Assembly: GCA_964016885.1 (NCBI GenBank)
Contig: OZ024740.1
Span: 221,154,001 to 221,218,000 of the forward strand
Reading direction: 5' to 3'
Length of the DNA: 64,000 nucleotides
Source of the DNA: Eledone cirrhosa
Lineage: Eukaryota
In this document: piece after piece, positions 1 through 14,064 of the stretch
How the letters are laid out: every line of letters starts with the position of its first letter
How positions within the stretch are numbered: the stretch's first letter is position 1
The notes under the pieces: model-generated
What the model was told of the DNA's origin: nothing
Database searches by the model: none
Seen by the model: only the letters and a program-made list of their open reading frames with translations
Position numbers and translations under genes: made by a program

Positions 1-25
1 AATAATATACACACATGTGAGTATA

Positions 26-115
<90 letters not shown>

Positions 116-116
116 A

Positions 117-235
117 GGGTGTGGTAAGATACCAGGTGGACCATAACGCACCAGACTACTCAATACTAGTGGGTTGGTTCGGATTTGGTTGTCGAAACGG
201 CCGGAGCTCAGCCCTCGGGGTCCTGACTCTTTTCC
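117..235. mobile_element. Short (TA)n-embedded cassette of the family also at 2343-2518, 30871-30957, 40592-41237 and 44182-44322; carries the 3' half of a hammerhead (GAAA-CGGC..AGCC-UC-GGGG)
   Basis: Shared head GTGGTAAG.ACCAGGTGGACCATAACGCACCA.A.TACTCAATACT, followed by an inverted segment GTCGAAACGGCCGGAGCTCAGCCCTCGGGG. Confidence 0.6.
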
Positions 236-307
236 TATATCTATATGCATATATATATGTTTATCCCGGGTTCAATCGGGAGAAACCACAGTAAATAACG
301 TACTCAA

Positions 308-359
308 TTTCCTGATGACTTTTCCCGGATGAAACAGCTATAGTAGTTCTGTAGAAGCC
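308..359 (+). ncRNA. Type I hammerhead ribozyme motif (family also at 35292, 35553 and 38555)
   Basis: TTTC-CTGATGA-CTTTTCCCGGAT-GAAA-CAG..CTG-TA-GAAG: intact core, stem III CAG/CTG, GUA cleavage triplet; stem I is short in this copy. Confidence 0.6.
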
Positions 360-375
360 TTTTCTATATTTAATA

Positions 376-924
376 CATGGTGGCTGCCAACACGTTTTCG
401 AGTACGGCCACTACTTTATATCCATCTAGGGGAACCCCTACCAATGCGCTGAACGAGTGTGACTTTTTAGTCCAGCCAGCGACTTGAAAACTCTGGTACA
501 AACACTACACTTGTGACAATTATTGACACATAGTGCTGGGCCCATGGTACCATGTGACGACAAGTGCAGAGAGATCTCCAGATATAAAGCAATGCCTGTG
601 CTGTTAAGCTTTTATAGTGAGCAAAGGCACTGCACAAAGCCAGTCCCACTCTCTTAACCAAGATGATATTTACCAAAAAGAAGAACAATTCAACATCATT
701 GGATACCATCAGGGTTGCAGGTGTTATATCAGAGTTTTCCTTCTCCTAGAATTCTGCCTTGACAAAGGCTAAGAGGTCATCTCTCCCGGTGATTTTGGAT
801 GGCTATTGACTCTTAAGAGCCCCTTTGCCTTTTGACAGGTTTTGTTTTTAGTCCTGCAGGATGTCCAAAGCCACCCTCCTCACCAAGAAACCTTGGTGGG
901 GTTGCCAGTTTAGTCGCCAACGAC
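376..924 (-). mobile_element. Unclassified ~550-600 bp non-coding interspersed repeat, copy 1
   Basis: Near-identical reverse complement of ~54950-55497 and 18322-18725; flanked by (TACA)n/(CA)n. Confidence 0.8.
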
Positions 925-1345
<421 letters not shown>

Positions 1346-1676
1346 TCATACCATCTGAGAAATTTGCCTTTTGATAAATGAATGGTTTTCCAAATGTAAA
1401 CATACTTAAATCCTGGATTTTCCTTAATCATCTCCTTATTGCTGTATTTCATTTTACATTTATTTAAATCAATTACAATAATTTCCTTCCATATTTTTAA
1501 ATACCATTATCAAACATACATTCACTAAGTTACGATGACTTTGTTCTACCTATGTATCTATCAATCTCACTTTTGACAAGTGGTTAAGTGTTAAAATATG
1601 AAATGCTACACACACACGCGAGCGCGCACACACACGCGAGCGCGCACACACACGCGAGCGCGCACACACACACACA

Positions 1677-1759
<83 letters not shown>

Positions 1760-2277
1760 CACACACACACACAGACACACACGCACGCAAACACTCACGC
1801 TTACGCTGCCCACCTTCCATTCGAGCCTGGATGACACAACACATCACCCAGTCCGGGAATCGAATTCACGGCCCCTTAGCTTAATGGTTTAAAGCGCCTG
1901 ACCGGTATCTTGGAGATATGATGTTTAATTCCTCACAGCGGCCGGTGGCAACTTCTTTTTGAAGCCGCATGTCTTAGAGGTTAGAGCATGAGGCTTGTAA
2001 CTACGGAATATTGATATTTTAATATTAATCGTTGGGTAAGTAAATGAAAAAGAACCAGGAATTATAACCAACTGGAAAATTCGATTCATGAATCATGAAG
2101 CTATTTTTATGATGCCATTAGGGACACAGAATGCATAAACTATTTTTCTTTGATAGCGAGACTACCCATATGTTTATTGTATATAAACGAATAATATATG
2201 TTTATATATGTTTTCATACACACACATAAATATATATATATATATATATATACATCTCGGGAATTTTACCCGCCCTA

Positions 2278-2346
<69 letters not shown>

Positions 2347-2514
2347 ACGGGAGCGGTAACAACCAGTTAGACCATTACTCACCAGAGTACTCGATACTTG
2401 GGATAGTAGAGTGGGTAATTTGAATAATTCGGGATCCTTACGGCTGAGCTCCTGCCGTTTCAACAGGTAGATCCCTAGCTGTTGAAACGGCAGGAGCTCA
2501 GCCGTAGGGGTCCC

Positions 2515-2553
<39 letters not shown>

Positions 2554-3487
2554 TATTAGAGGTGCAAATTAATTGCGTCCGTAGGCTGTATGCCAAGATG
2601 AACACTCAATGCTGGTGGGGAGCTGAGTAGCAATAATAATAATATACAAGGGAAGAAAGAATCGTGGAGCTTCCGATTCCAGAGTCAGGATCGATCATTA
2701 ATCGCTCGTTCCTCGTGCTGATCGACATGAAACATATGTAATATGTAATTAAATATGTATATGATGCAACACTGATTCTGTGTTCCTTTATATATTATTA
2801 TCATACTATAGTAAACTCGAATTGAAATTGAACCGGTGGGTTAAATCTATACGTTAATGCAATTATAAATGTATTGTATTATAGTTTGTATGGTCGATTA
2901 GTTCCGGAAATGCTGGTCTGCCGATAAATCATTGAAGTTAAATAGAATCAAATTTGATTGCTTCTGAGATGCGTGACAGTTTGGGTAAACTCATTTAAGC
3001 ATTAACCAGGTTCTGTAAATCTTTTAGCAAGATTAAGCTAGGTTTTGTAAGAGCAGAGTAATCTTAAAAAGAAGATAAAAAAAAAACTTTCGTCTGGTTA
3101 AATGATTTAGAAAGTTTTACAATTTTCTCAATATTGATCTTCTTCCGAAACACATCGACCCAGAATTAGAAACGATGGGAAACGAGATTTGCTGATGTCC
3201 TACACTCCTTTTTCAAATGTGTTATTTGTGCAAATTAAAAGAAATGGTCCCGATCCGATCCCCTGCGTGACATATTGGACAAGTAAATTTACCATAATCT
3301 TATGTTAATCTATGTCTTGTAGGTGAAATTGGGTAGACTGAAACTGTGTAGAGGCTAGTCGAACGGATTTTATCTGTAATTCAAAGGTCAAGCTTTGTCA
3401 CATATTGTGTCATACTGATTCGATTTCTTTTTAATCATCAGTTCGAGCTTACTCAGATTCTCTCCCCTTCTTGATTTTTCATGGCAT

Positions 3488-3615
3488 GTGACAATTATAT
3501 TCAGTGAGATCTGGTGTCGTATGCTAACTGTGACAATTATATTCAGTTACATCTGGTGTCGTATGCTAACTGTGACAGTTATATTCAGTGACATCTGGTG
3601 TCGTATGCTAACTGA
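3488..3615. repeat. Tandem repeat, 42-bp unit x3
   Basis: TGTGACAATTATATTCAGT.A.ATCTGGTGTCGTATGCTAAC repeated three times. Confidence 0.9.
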
Positions 3616-4599
3616 TCACTATGTCTTCTCAGGGTGACCAGTGTGATTATTTTGACCATTGTGAAGTGTTGAACGTTAGTTATTACTAACCTGGTAACAG
3701 TTTGTCTTTTCAGGTTGACCAGTGTGAATATTTCGACCGCGGTGAGGTGTTTAAAGTCAGTTGTTACTAATCAGCTTTCCCTTACATCTTCAGCAACGCC
3801 CAGCAAAGAATTCTCTTCTTTCTCTAATAGTATCTAATACCTTTAGATACATTTTCGTATAGAGTCAATTTATCGGTTATACCCCACCTCACAGAATGCG
3901 TGACCTCTTACCAATCTTAAAAGTAACAATTAATCTGCTATAGTGTAACAATATATATATAAAGTTATTCCGATGATTTGATTAGGCATACATGTATTTA
4001 AGATTGAGTGACACAACTTCAAGTGATTAGCAATCTTTAGACACCCTAATCAATGAAACAATTGTTAATACTGTAAATAAAACCCTTTTTGTACTGTTGA
4101 CCATGTTATTCTTCACTCTTTCACTATATATATATATCATTCACACACGGTAGTGTGTGAATAATATTCTTAAGGTCAACTTTTTCCCACTTCTAGGACT
4201 TGTCACTAATTCAGTTCTCAACCAAATTTGATCCGGTTCTTTGCACTAGAATGGACTCATCCCAGGCTACATTTTGGTATAAGGAAATGGAAATTTGGGT
4301 TAGTAGAAAAAAGTTACGCTAAAATATGTGTGTTCAAGTAGTGGGGGATAAGGCCTCTCATTGACTTTGACTCATCATAACCTTTTAAATTTCGAATGGA
4401 ATTTCATGCTACCTATCTTAGTAGATAGAACTCGATAAGCTGAATCGAAATTTGTCAATATTGAAAAGATTGGTGCCATAGAAATCGAGTTGTGTGACTT
4501 TAAGTGACGAAATCAGATGGAGAGTAACGCTAAGGGACATAACTCTAGTATAAATCCATCGTAGCTGTACTAAATAGTTTCCCTTAATTATAGTTATTC

Positions 4600-5860
4600 A
4601 CAAAAGGCTTGATGAAATTTTTGGAGATCCCCCCAAAATGGCATATCCTTTTGGAAAAATGAATCTTCTTTTGTTTGGTGATTTGATGCAATTGCCACCT
4701 GTAAATGAAAAACCAGTATTTTTTAGAATTTCATCATATGATGCCAAAAGAACAGAAATTGGCATTAGTGGGCATTCATTGTGGAAATACTTTCAATATG
4801 ATGAGCTAACCATTAATATGAGACAAAAAGAAGACAAAGACAACTATGTTGATATTTTGGGAAGAATTAGGATTGGTTCCCCATCAGACTCTGATATTAG
4901 CATTCTTAAAAAAAGATGCCTATTTCCTGATAGAAAAGCATCTGTTGAAGAAATTGCTAAAAAATTGATTGAATTGTATTCTATTCCTGAATTAAAATTT
5001 GTATGCATTTTACCTTTGAATGAAGCTGTTGATGAGTTGAATAATGAAATGATTAAAAAATGCAACATAAATGCAGTGAAAACTTGCTGCAAAAGATTCT
5101 GGTATGAGACAAGTAAATGGAAGAAAAAAGAAAAATGTTGAAAAAGGCAAAAACAAGAAAACTTCTGATACTGCTGGACTAGAAACTTTGCTAAATGTTG
5201 GAATTGGAGCAAGAGTGATGTTGAAACGAAACATTGATGTAGATCAAGGCTTATGCAATGGTGTTATTGAAACAGTTATATAAGGGCGGTGGATTGGCAG
5301 TATCGGTAGAGGGTCGGACGCCATGCTTTCCAGCATAGTTACGTCCCTTTACGATCTGAGTTCAAATCCCGCCGAGGTTGACTTTGCCTTTCATCCTTAC
5401 GGGGTCGATAAAATAAAGTACCAGTAATGCACTGGGTAATTGCTGGCCTTGTGCCTAAAGTAGAAACAGTTATTGAAACAGTTATTGAATTAATTGGGAA
5501 TGGAAGCAATGTTGACAACATTTTGGCGTCTTTTGATACCAAAAAGGACAAACCCATTTCCATTGGAAGAGTTCACGCAGACTATGAAATTTCTCCTGGT
5601 GTTTTTATCACCAGAACACAATTTCCATTGTCTCTTGCTTACTCTAGAACAATTCACAAATCACAAGGAATTTCTGTGGATGGAATAATTGCTGATTTAG
5701 GAAATCAGATATTTTCTGATGGTCAAGCTTATGTGGCTCTTTCAAGAGCCAGAAAACTTTGCAATGTGTATCTCTGTGACTTTGATCCAAGATCATTGAT
5801 CATGGTTGACAAATCTGCATGGGAAGAGTACAACAAACTACGGGCTAGTACTGGAAGAGC
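4600..5860 (+). pseudogene. PIF1-like SF1B helicase C-terminal half (Helitron RepHel), frameshifted and SINE-interrupted
   Basis: PFG..NLLLFGDLMQLPPV, ELTINMRQ, RVMLKRNID..GLCNG, RTQFPLSLAYSRTIHKSQG and GQAYVALSRAR motifs. Confidence 0.9.
5282..5472 (+). mobile_element. tRNA-derived SINE (family A) inserted in the helicase
   Basis: A-box-like TGGCAGTATCGG and B-box-like GAGTTCAAATCC; TSD GAAACAGTTAT; removal restores GLCNGVIETVIELIG. Confidence 0.9.
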
Positions 5861-6019
5861 AGATTTGCCTCCATTGCCGCCTTGCAGGAAAAAGCATCCT
5901 TGCATGGCAAATGCTTCTAGCATGCCCAAGAAAAGAACGAAAAGAATTAATTTGGAAGATAATTCAAACCAACCTGCCAAAAAGAAGGAAAGAAATGAAA
6001 GCAGCCAAACTTTAATCCC

Positions 6020-6855
6020 TAAACATGAATTGATCAACCAAAGAAATGCTTGTTTTGCAAATTCAGTTGTCCAATCACTGCCTGAATTTGTAGAGTATTT
6101 GCATAATTTTAACAACATGAATGGAGTACATCAAGAATTAAGTAATATCATTTTTAATAATCATAATAATGTCTCTAACGTTAGAAGAATAATTGGAGGA
6201 AGATTTCATGATGGAAATCAGCAATGTGCTCATGAATTTTGGAAAGAACTCTCTTTACATTTGGACTTGGTATTTAGAGAAAAACTTCAATTTATTCAAA
6301 CTGATCATACTAGATGCATCCGATTGCATCAAACAAATGTTTGCAATTGTAATTCAAGAGCTGGATGTGGTATAGAATCTGAACTTCCATTTCAAATAAA
6401 AGAGGATTTGATATTAAATCCTATTAATGGCACACAACAATTTAAATCTCTACTTTCAACAACAAATACTTTGACTAAATACTGTGATACTTGTTCTGAA
6501 AATACTGAGCATCAAATAACTTCAAGAATTGAATTTACTAACGATTTCAAATATTTTGTCATCTCAATTAGTAGATTTTTGATTAATAATGAAGGAGAAC
6601 AAAGAATTAATTGTGATATTATGAACTTTAGCTCACAAAAGCAGCAAATATATGGCACACATTTCACATTAAAAGCTGCTATTCTTCATGAAGGACAAGA
6701 AGAATAGCATCTACGGCAGGCCATTATACTTGTCTGGTAAAAAGTGGTGCTGAAAATTGGGATGAAATTAGTGACAACATTATCAAAAAAAATGGCACAA
6801 TAAATTTCCTCCTAAGTTACCTAATGTGGTTGTATTGTTTATGGAAAACATTTAG
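6020..6855 (+). pseudogene. USP/peptidase C19-like deubiquitinase domain fused downstream of the helicase, with a stop/frameshift before the His box
   Basis: Cys box LINQRNACFANSVVQSL, QQCAHEF, CxxC pairs and LKAAILHEG; after the frameshift, AGHYTCLVK..W..ISD. Confidence 0.75.
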
Positions 6856-6859
6856 ATTT

Positions 6860-7160
6860 TTGATTTTGGACTATTGATCTTGGACTACCAACTTATAATT
6901 AGGACTACTGTTAATTCTGGACTACTTCATTTTGTTTTGGACTACTTGCTGATTATTTTGGACTAAATGCTGATTCTGGACTACTCAATTTTATTTTTGA
7001 CTACTTGCTGCTTATTTTGGACTAAATGCTGATTTTCGACTACATAATTTTATTTTGGACTAACTGCTAATTATGGACAAATTATTGTTGAATTTGAGCT
7101 CAGTTTATTGGCATTTTATTTATTTACTACTTAATTTTATTTATTTTTGACTCAGTTATT
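6860..7160. repeat. Degenerate minisatellite (TTTTGGACTAC/AAATGCTGA units) inside the Helitron
   Basis: Repeated GGACTA-centred ~20-bp units. Confidence 0.75.
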
Positions 7161-8595
7161 TTAATTGCTTGTTTTTCTAGCATCTTTAATAACTTCACTT
7201 GTTAAGTTAAACTCTAAATTGATCATTAGAGTATAGTCAACTATAGCTTTGTCTCTATGGGCACACCTGAAGGCTTGTAGTAAGGGTGTTCAGAAAAGCA
7301 AATGTCTCTATTGATTATATTCTACAAAATACCTTTTCAATTTTAATATTTTGGATTTTATAGAAATATTGAAATGAAAAATAAATTTTTATTGATGAAA
7401 AAAGGATTGTAAATGCCTTAGCAAATGGTCAAGGTAATTTAAATTAAATAATTTGCTGCAATGCCTTAAAAAAAGGGGGACTAGACCGAAAAATGCGGGC
7501 GCATGTGTATTAATATTCTTAAATAATAATAAACCTGGAAAAGTACAGGACAAGTAGAATTAACTCTTAAAATATTGAAGCTGGAATTTGAATTTGATGA
7601 ATTAAATGTACAATAATAAGCCTATGACATCACACTTAATCACAAGGAGGTGAAGGTTGTTAAGATGTCATGGAACAGGACGTTTCGGTGCAGGTATTTC
7701 TGTGCCAGCGTTTCGGCACTGGCATGTGGAATGGTCATTCCTAGCTCTTTCATGGATAGATTTAGAATAACACAAGAATGACCTAAAGACAACCAAGATA
7801 ATTTTTTACTTTAATTATTAATTAAATAATTAGAAACGATCTAGAAATCACCTTCATTCATTAGGAATGGCCTAGTTAATCTTTGGTGCTAATCTCTAAA
7901 AGATAGTCTCTGTTTTCCTCATAAGAAAGGAACAGTAATCCAGATTATCAATCAGAATGATATCGCACTTGATCACTAAATTTTCTTTTTGAAATACTGT
8001 TGACTATCTCTAATTGTCACTCAAAGGAACTGTAAAAATGACTGACAATTAGGGAGAGTCACAAAAAATAAAAGTTGGGCCAAAAATGGCGTTGACAATT
8101 AGGGAGAGTCAACTGTAATTCGATCTTGACAAATTTTGGCTTAACTTTTTTTTAAATGAAATTAGATTAATAATTTTAATATGATGACAATTTATGCAAA
8201 ATTTAGCTCATTACTTTTTACTATTAATTTCAATTAATTTTTAATGTCAATTTTTAAAGTAATACAGTATAATTAACCCACTAAAGGGACCAAAAAAGTG
8301 ACAACTTAAATGAACTGACAATTTATGTACAAAAGATTGATGACATTAATTGCATTTGGTTGGCAAAATGGTGATTGCTGACTTAGGCAAACTGATGACT
8401 TAATATCTAATAAATCCCCTAATTCATTATTATTTCTTATTATCTCTTGGCATTGCTAATTTTACTGTACATTGAATTCATCAAATTCAAATTCCAGCTT
8501 CAATATTTTAAGAGTTAATTCTACTTGTCCTGTACTTTTCCAGGTTTATTATTATTTAAGAATATTAATACACATGCGCCCGCATTTATCGGTCT

Positions 8596-8650
<55 letters not shown>

Positions 8651-8969
8651 TTTTTATATATATATTTATTTTTCAACATAGTCCCAGGAAAGAAACAATA
8701 CAGTTATTAATAAGATTTGAAATTAATGTATGTAAGATTTTATAGCTCTAGCATCTCTCCTTCACAGCAAACCTATCGATTTTCAGTATACCCTCGTAAT
8801 ACCCAATATAATGAAACAACCATTTCAAATGTCTTTCGTTTTTTTTTGTTTTTAGAATTTGCGTTTCTACACCTTAATTAATTTAATTTAGTATTCAAAT
8901 GTTGTCTAGAAGGCTGATGTCAGCTGCCAAAATATCTAATAGATGATGATAAATTAATTTCATTCGGAA

Positions 8970-10075
<1,106 letters not shown>

Positions 10076-10216
10076 CACGATACATTAAAGGAGCCACAGA
10101 CTCTGGCCGTTCCCTGTAAATAATGTGCTCAAAGGAGAGGAAATCCTGAACTCTTTATATATATGTATATATGTATGTATATATGTATATATATATGTAT
10201 GTCTATATATGTATGT

Positions 10217-10300
<84 letters not shown>

Positions 10301-10438
10301 ATATATATGTATATGTATATATACATATATATGTATATATATGTAGATATGTATGTATATATATATATATATATGTATGTATTTATATGTATGTATACAA
10401 TATATATATCTATATATATCTATCTATCTATCTATCTA

Positions 10439-10489
<51 letters not shown>

Positions 10490-10704
10490 TCATGTATGTA
10501 TATGTCTGTGTATATAGATGTGTGTGTGTGTACACACGTGACTATAAAACAGGAGAGGTATTCAATAATCAATGTCGTAGAGCCTATTTTTTTTTTCCTT
10601 CGAAGTTGATGATTCACTGTATCACTGGTTTGAATTTCTCGATCGTATGCACCCACCCTCTTCATACACACAAACACACAGACACGCACATATGCACATA
10701 CACA

Positions 10705-10764
<60 letters not shown>

Positions 10765-11192
10765 GTGAGATTGCTCTAGAGTGCTACTGATAACATATAA
10801 CCAGGTACAACCAGTCACATGGTCACGTCGTTGGTGACTAACTAAACCGGCAACCTCCCCACATCCGACTCATAAAAAAATTGCTAGACAGAGCTCGTTA
10901 GCCTTGACTGGTTGTCTGTTTCGGAAAGGGATTACACTGATTTCAAAACCGGGCTAGATGGGACTTCTTAGTCGCCTTGGTGACAACCTTTCAATTGGGC
11001 AATGGATTCATCCTTATGATGAGGTCGGATGAGCTGCAGTTCGGAAGCCATCTTCCAAGTAATGCTCAGATGAAGGTTCAGGACCCATCAACATCACTTT
11101 CTCCCCGATGAGAATCATGGACATACAGCATCATATAGATAAGCACTGGTGTAATTGTCCATAGTCCTTGACCCTCAGTAATGAGAATAGGA

Positions 11193-11375
11193 AGGTGGAT
11201 TGGCACTATCGGTAGAGGGTCGGACGCCATGCTTTCAAGCATAGTTACGTCCCTTTACGATCTGAGTTCAAATCCCGCCGAGGTTGACTTTGCCTTTCAT
11301 CCTTACGGGGTCGATAAAATAAAGTACCAGTAATGCACTGGGTAATTGCTGGCCTTGTGCCTAAAGTAGAAACAA
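11193..11375 (+). mobile_element. SINE family A
   Basis: Near-identical to 5282-5472; TSD AGTAAT(G/T)AGAATAGGAAG. Confidence 0.9.
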
Positions 11376-11423
11376 GTAATTAGAATAGGAAGAGAGAAAG
11401 ACAAACACACACACACACACACG

Positions 11424-11496
<73 letters not shown>

Positions 11497-11814
11497 ATAT
11501 ATTTAAGTATACATGCACATATATAAATGTGTATGTATATGTATATGTGTGTATGTATACATATATATATATATATTTATATATAATAGAATGAAACGAA
11601 ATTTCATTTCTCACTCTTAGTACGGCACTTACTTAAATGTAAGTATGTATGTATGTATACGTACAGACATATATGTATACAGACGTACAGTAGTATGTAT
11701 ATATATACACACATGCACACATATACATATGCACGTAAACAAACAAACAGCCCGAATTACGCCGTACAGTGTTTAGGCAACCACGTCACCTTTTTGTTCA
11801 ACACTGACACAGGA

Positions 11815-11857
11815 ACGATGTACTAGTTTCAAGCTTATTAGCTATCGTCAGCATCGT
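11815..11857 (-). ncRNA. Minimal type I hammerhead ribozyme
   Basis: Minus strand: ACGAUG-CUGACGA-UAGCUAAUAAGCUU-GAAA-CUAG-UA-CAUCGU; palindromic stem III; homolog at 36426-36468. Confidence 0.8.
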
Positions 11858-12295
11858 ATACCCTCCTGCCAGATGGTTGAACGTCTGAAAGTATATACTT
11901 TCCTTATGCATATTAACGGCTGAGCAGCCTAATTTGCATATCGAGCGAGTTCAGTCAGCCGGGCACACCGAAAACGATAAATGGAATAGAATGAAACGAA
12001 ATTTCATTTCTCACTCTTAGTACGGCACTTACTTAAATGTAAGTATGTATGTATACCTACATACATATATGTACGAAAAGCAAAAAGCTAAATTTATTTT
12101 AAGAACTGTCCTACTTTTGAAACATGCAGCTGTAATTCACTTGTAAGAATTTAAGTTAAAACATATATTAACATATCAAACACGGGCTTACAGTTTATAT
12201 TTTAAAACGATATGTTGACAAAGTTTTGCTTGGAGACTGTAAAAATCTGTTTAAATAACATAATTAGGTAAACCCTTCAAGCATGCATTAATTAT

Positions 12296-13560
12296 ATCGG
12301 TAGAGGGTCGGACGCCATGCTTTATGGTCTGAGTTCAAATCCCGCCGAGGTTAACTTTGCCTTTGATCCTCACGGGGTCGATAAAATAAAGTACCAGTAA
12401 TACACTGGGATAATTGCTGGCCTTGTGCCAAAAGTAGAAATAATTATATCCTAGAAATAAATTATTAAAATTATTTTTATCTTAAATTACTTCAACGTGT
12501 AAATAATCAGTAATCAACAAGCAGTATAGGTTTACTTTTATAAAAACAACAATTTTATCAAGACGCAAACTTCCCAGTTTGTAAGATAGTTCATATATCC
12601 GGTAATCCTAGTATGGCACACCAATCTTGTCGTCATTATTGACGACATCAGCGATGTCATTATTGACGACAAGGGCGGGGGATTGGCAGTATCGGTAGAG
12701 GGTCGGACGCCATGCTTTCCAGCCTAGTTACGTCCCTTTACGATCTGAGTTCAAATCCCGCCGAGGTTGACTTTGCCTTTCATCCTTACGGGGTCGATAG
12801 AATAAAGTACCAGTAATGCACTGGGTAATTGCTGGCCTTGTGCGTAAAGTAGAAACAATTATTGACGACATCAGCGATGGATTGGCAGTATCGCTAGAGC
12901 GTCAGACGCAGCGTTTTACGTTTTGAGCTCAAATCCCGCCGAGGTTAACTTTGCCTTTCATCCTTACAGGGTCGATAAAATAAAGTACCAGTAATGAACT
13001 GGAGTAATTGCTGCCCTTTGTGTCAAAAGTAGAAACAATTATTGACGACACTGAGGGCGTTGGATTGGCAGTATCGGTAGAGCGTCGGACAACATGCTTT
13101 GCGGCGTATAGTTACGGCCCTTTACGCTCTGAGTTCAAATTTAACCGAGGTTAGCATTGCCTTTCATCCTTCTACAAACAACTTTGTCCAGACTTGTGCC
13201 TCAGAGAGGAACTTTCTATGTGCAAATCCCATGGTCATTCGAGAGCGAAGGGAGTCTTTACTCTTTACCTTTTTAATCTGTGAAAAGGATAAGTAATATA
13301 ATTTCTTACATTTTTTAAACAACATTATTCTTAATATTAGGGTGGTGGGTTGGCAGAGTCGTTAGAGCGTCGGACAGCATGCTTTGTGGCATAGATTTAC
13401 AGCTGTTTACGTTCTGAGTTCAAATCCCACTGAGGTTAGTTTTGTTTTTCATACTTACAGGGTCGATAAAAAAAAAGTACCAGTAACGAACTAGGGTCTA
13501 TTTAATCGACTTTGCCCTCCCTCAGAATTGTTGGTCTTGTAAAATCAGAAAATTCTATTG
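12296..13560 (+). mobile_element. Cluster of five SINE family A copies of differing divergence (12296-12445, 12672-12862, 12878-13042, 13054-13150, 13338-13550)
   Basis: Repeated GGATTGGCAGTATCGGTAGAG ... GCCTTTCATCCTTACGGGGTCGATAAAATAAAGTACCAGT ... AGTAGAAACAATT. Confidence 0.85.
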
Positions 13561-13838
13561 ACGACACGGCCTCACTAGTTTTTATGTAATATATGAATGA
13601 ATGAATTAATTAATTTGTTTCCCATTGGTGAATGAGTCCTTGTCAAATATTCCGTGGCTTTATTTTGGATGTGGTCGAGGATTGTTGCCTTTCCAGATGT
13701 GACAGCAATAGTTATTTGGGGATCTTACTTGAAATTTGTCGAGGGTCAGCAGCTGTTCGGAATCGAAGTATTGTATGACCCTAAAGAGGGATGCTAGTCT
13801 TTGGAATACATATTTTGCTATGTTATGTAAGCTGGGAT

Positions 13839-14062
13839 GAAGGCGCGTGGCTTAGTGGTTATAGTGTAAGGCTCACGGTCGTCTGGTTATGAATTCCAAT
13901 TCTGGCGGCGCGTAGTGTCCTTGAGCAATACATTTTATTTCACGTTTCTCCAGCACACACCCTTGAAAAAAATAAATGAGTTGTACCTGTGATGAAAAAC
14001 AAAAAAACAACAACAACAAAACAGCCTTATCACACACTGTATTATGCAGAATTTTCCCGAGA
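13839..14062 (+). mobile_element. tRNA-derived SINE family B (also ~19220-19490, 19888-20200, 20612-20890, 23945-24412 on minus, 30969-31090)
   Basis: AGGCGCGTGGCTTAGTGGTT head; GTGTCCTTGAGCAA.ACA.TTTATTTCACGTT core shared among copies. Confidence 0.7.
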
Positions 14063-14064
14063 AC

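Larger units (their letters stand above)
4590..8598 (+). mobile_element. 5'-truncated Helitron (rolling-circle transposon) remnant
   Basis: PIF1-family helicase motifs followed by a cysteine-protease domain, an internal minisatellite, and a 3' end with a short GC hairpin (ATGCGCCCGCAT) then CTAG|T at 8594-8598. Confidence 0.7.

Noticed and set aside
467-709. 80-aa ORF repeated at 55165-55407
   Set aside because: It lies inside a multicopy repeat and has no recognisable domain; the conservation reflects recent copying.
1870-1945. tRNA-like sequence GGCCCCTTAGCTTAATGG...
   Set aside because: The T-arm/B-box is degenerate and the cloverleaf is incomplete; at best a SINE head or tRNA pseudogene.
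3488-3615. Possible CRISPR-like array
   Set aside because: The units are contiguous tandem copies without unique spacers, the context is eukaryotic, and there are no cas genes.
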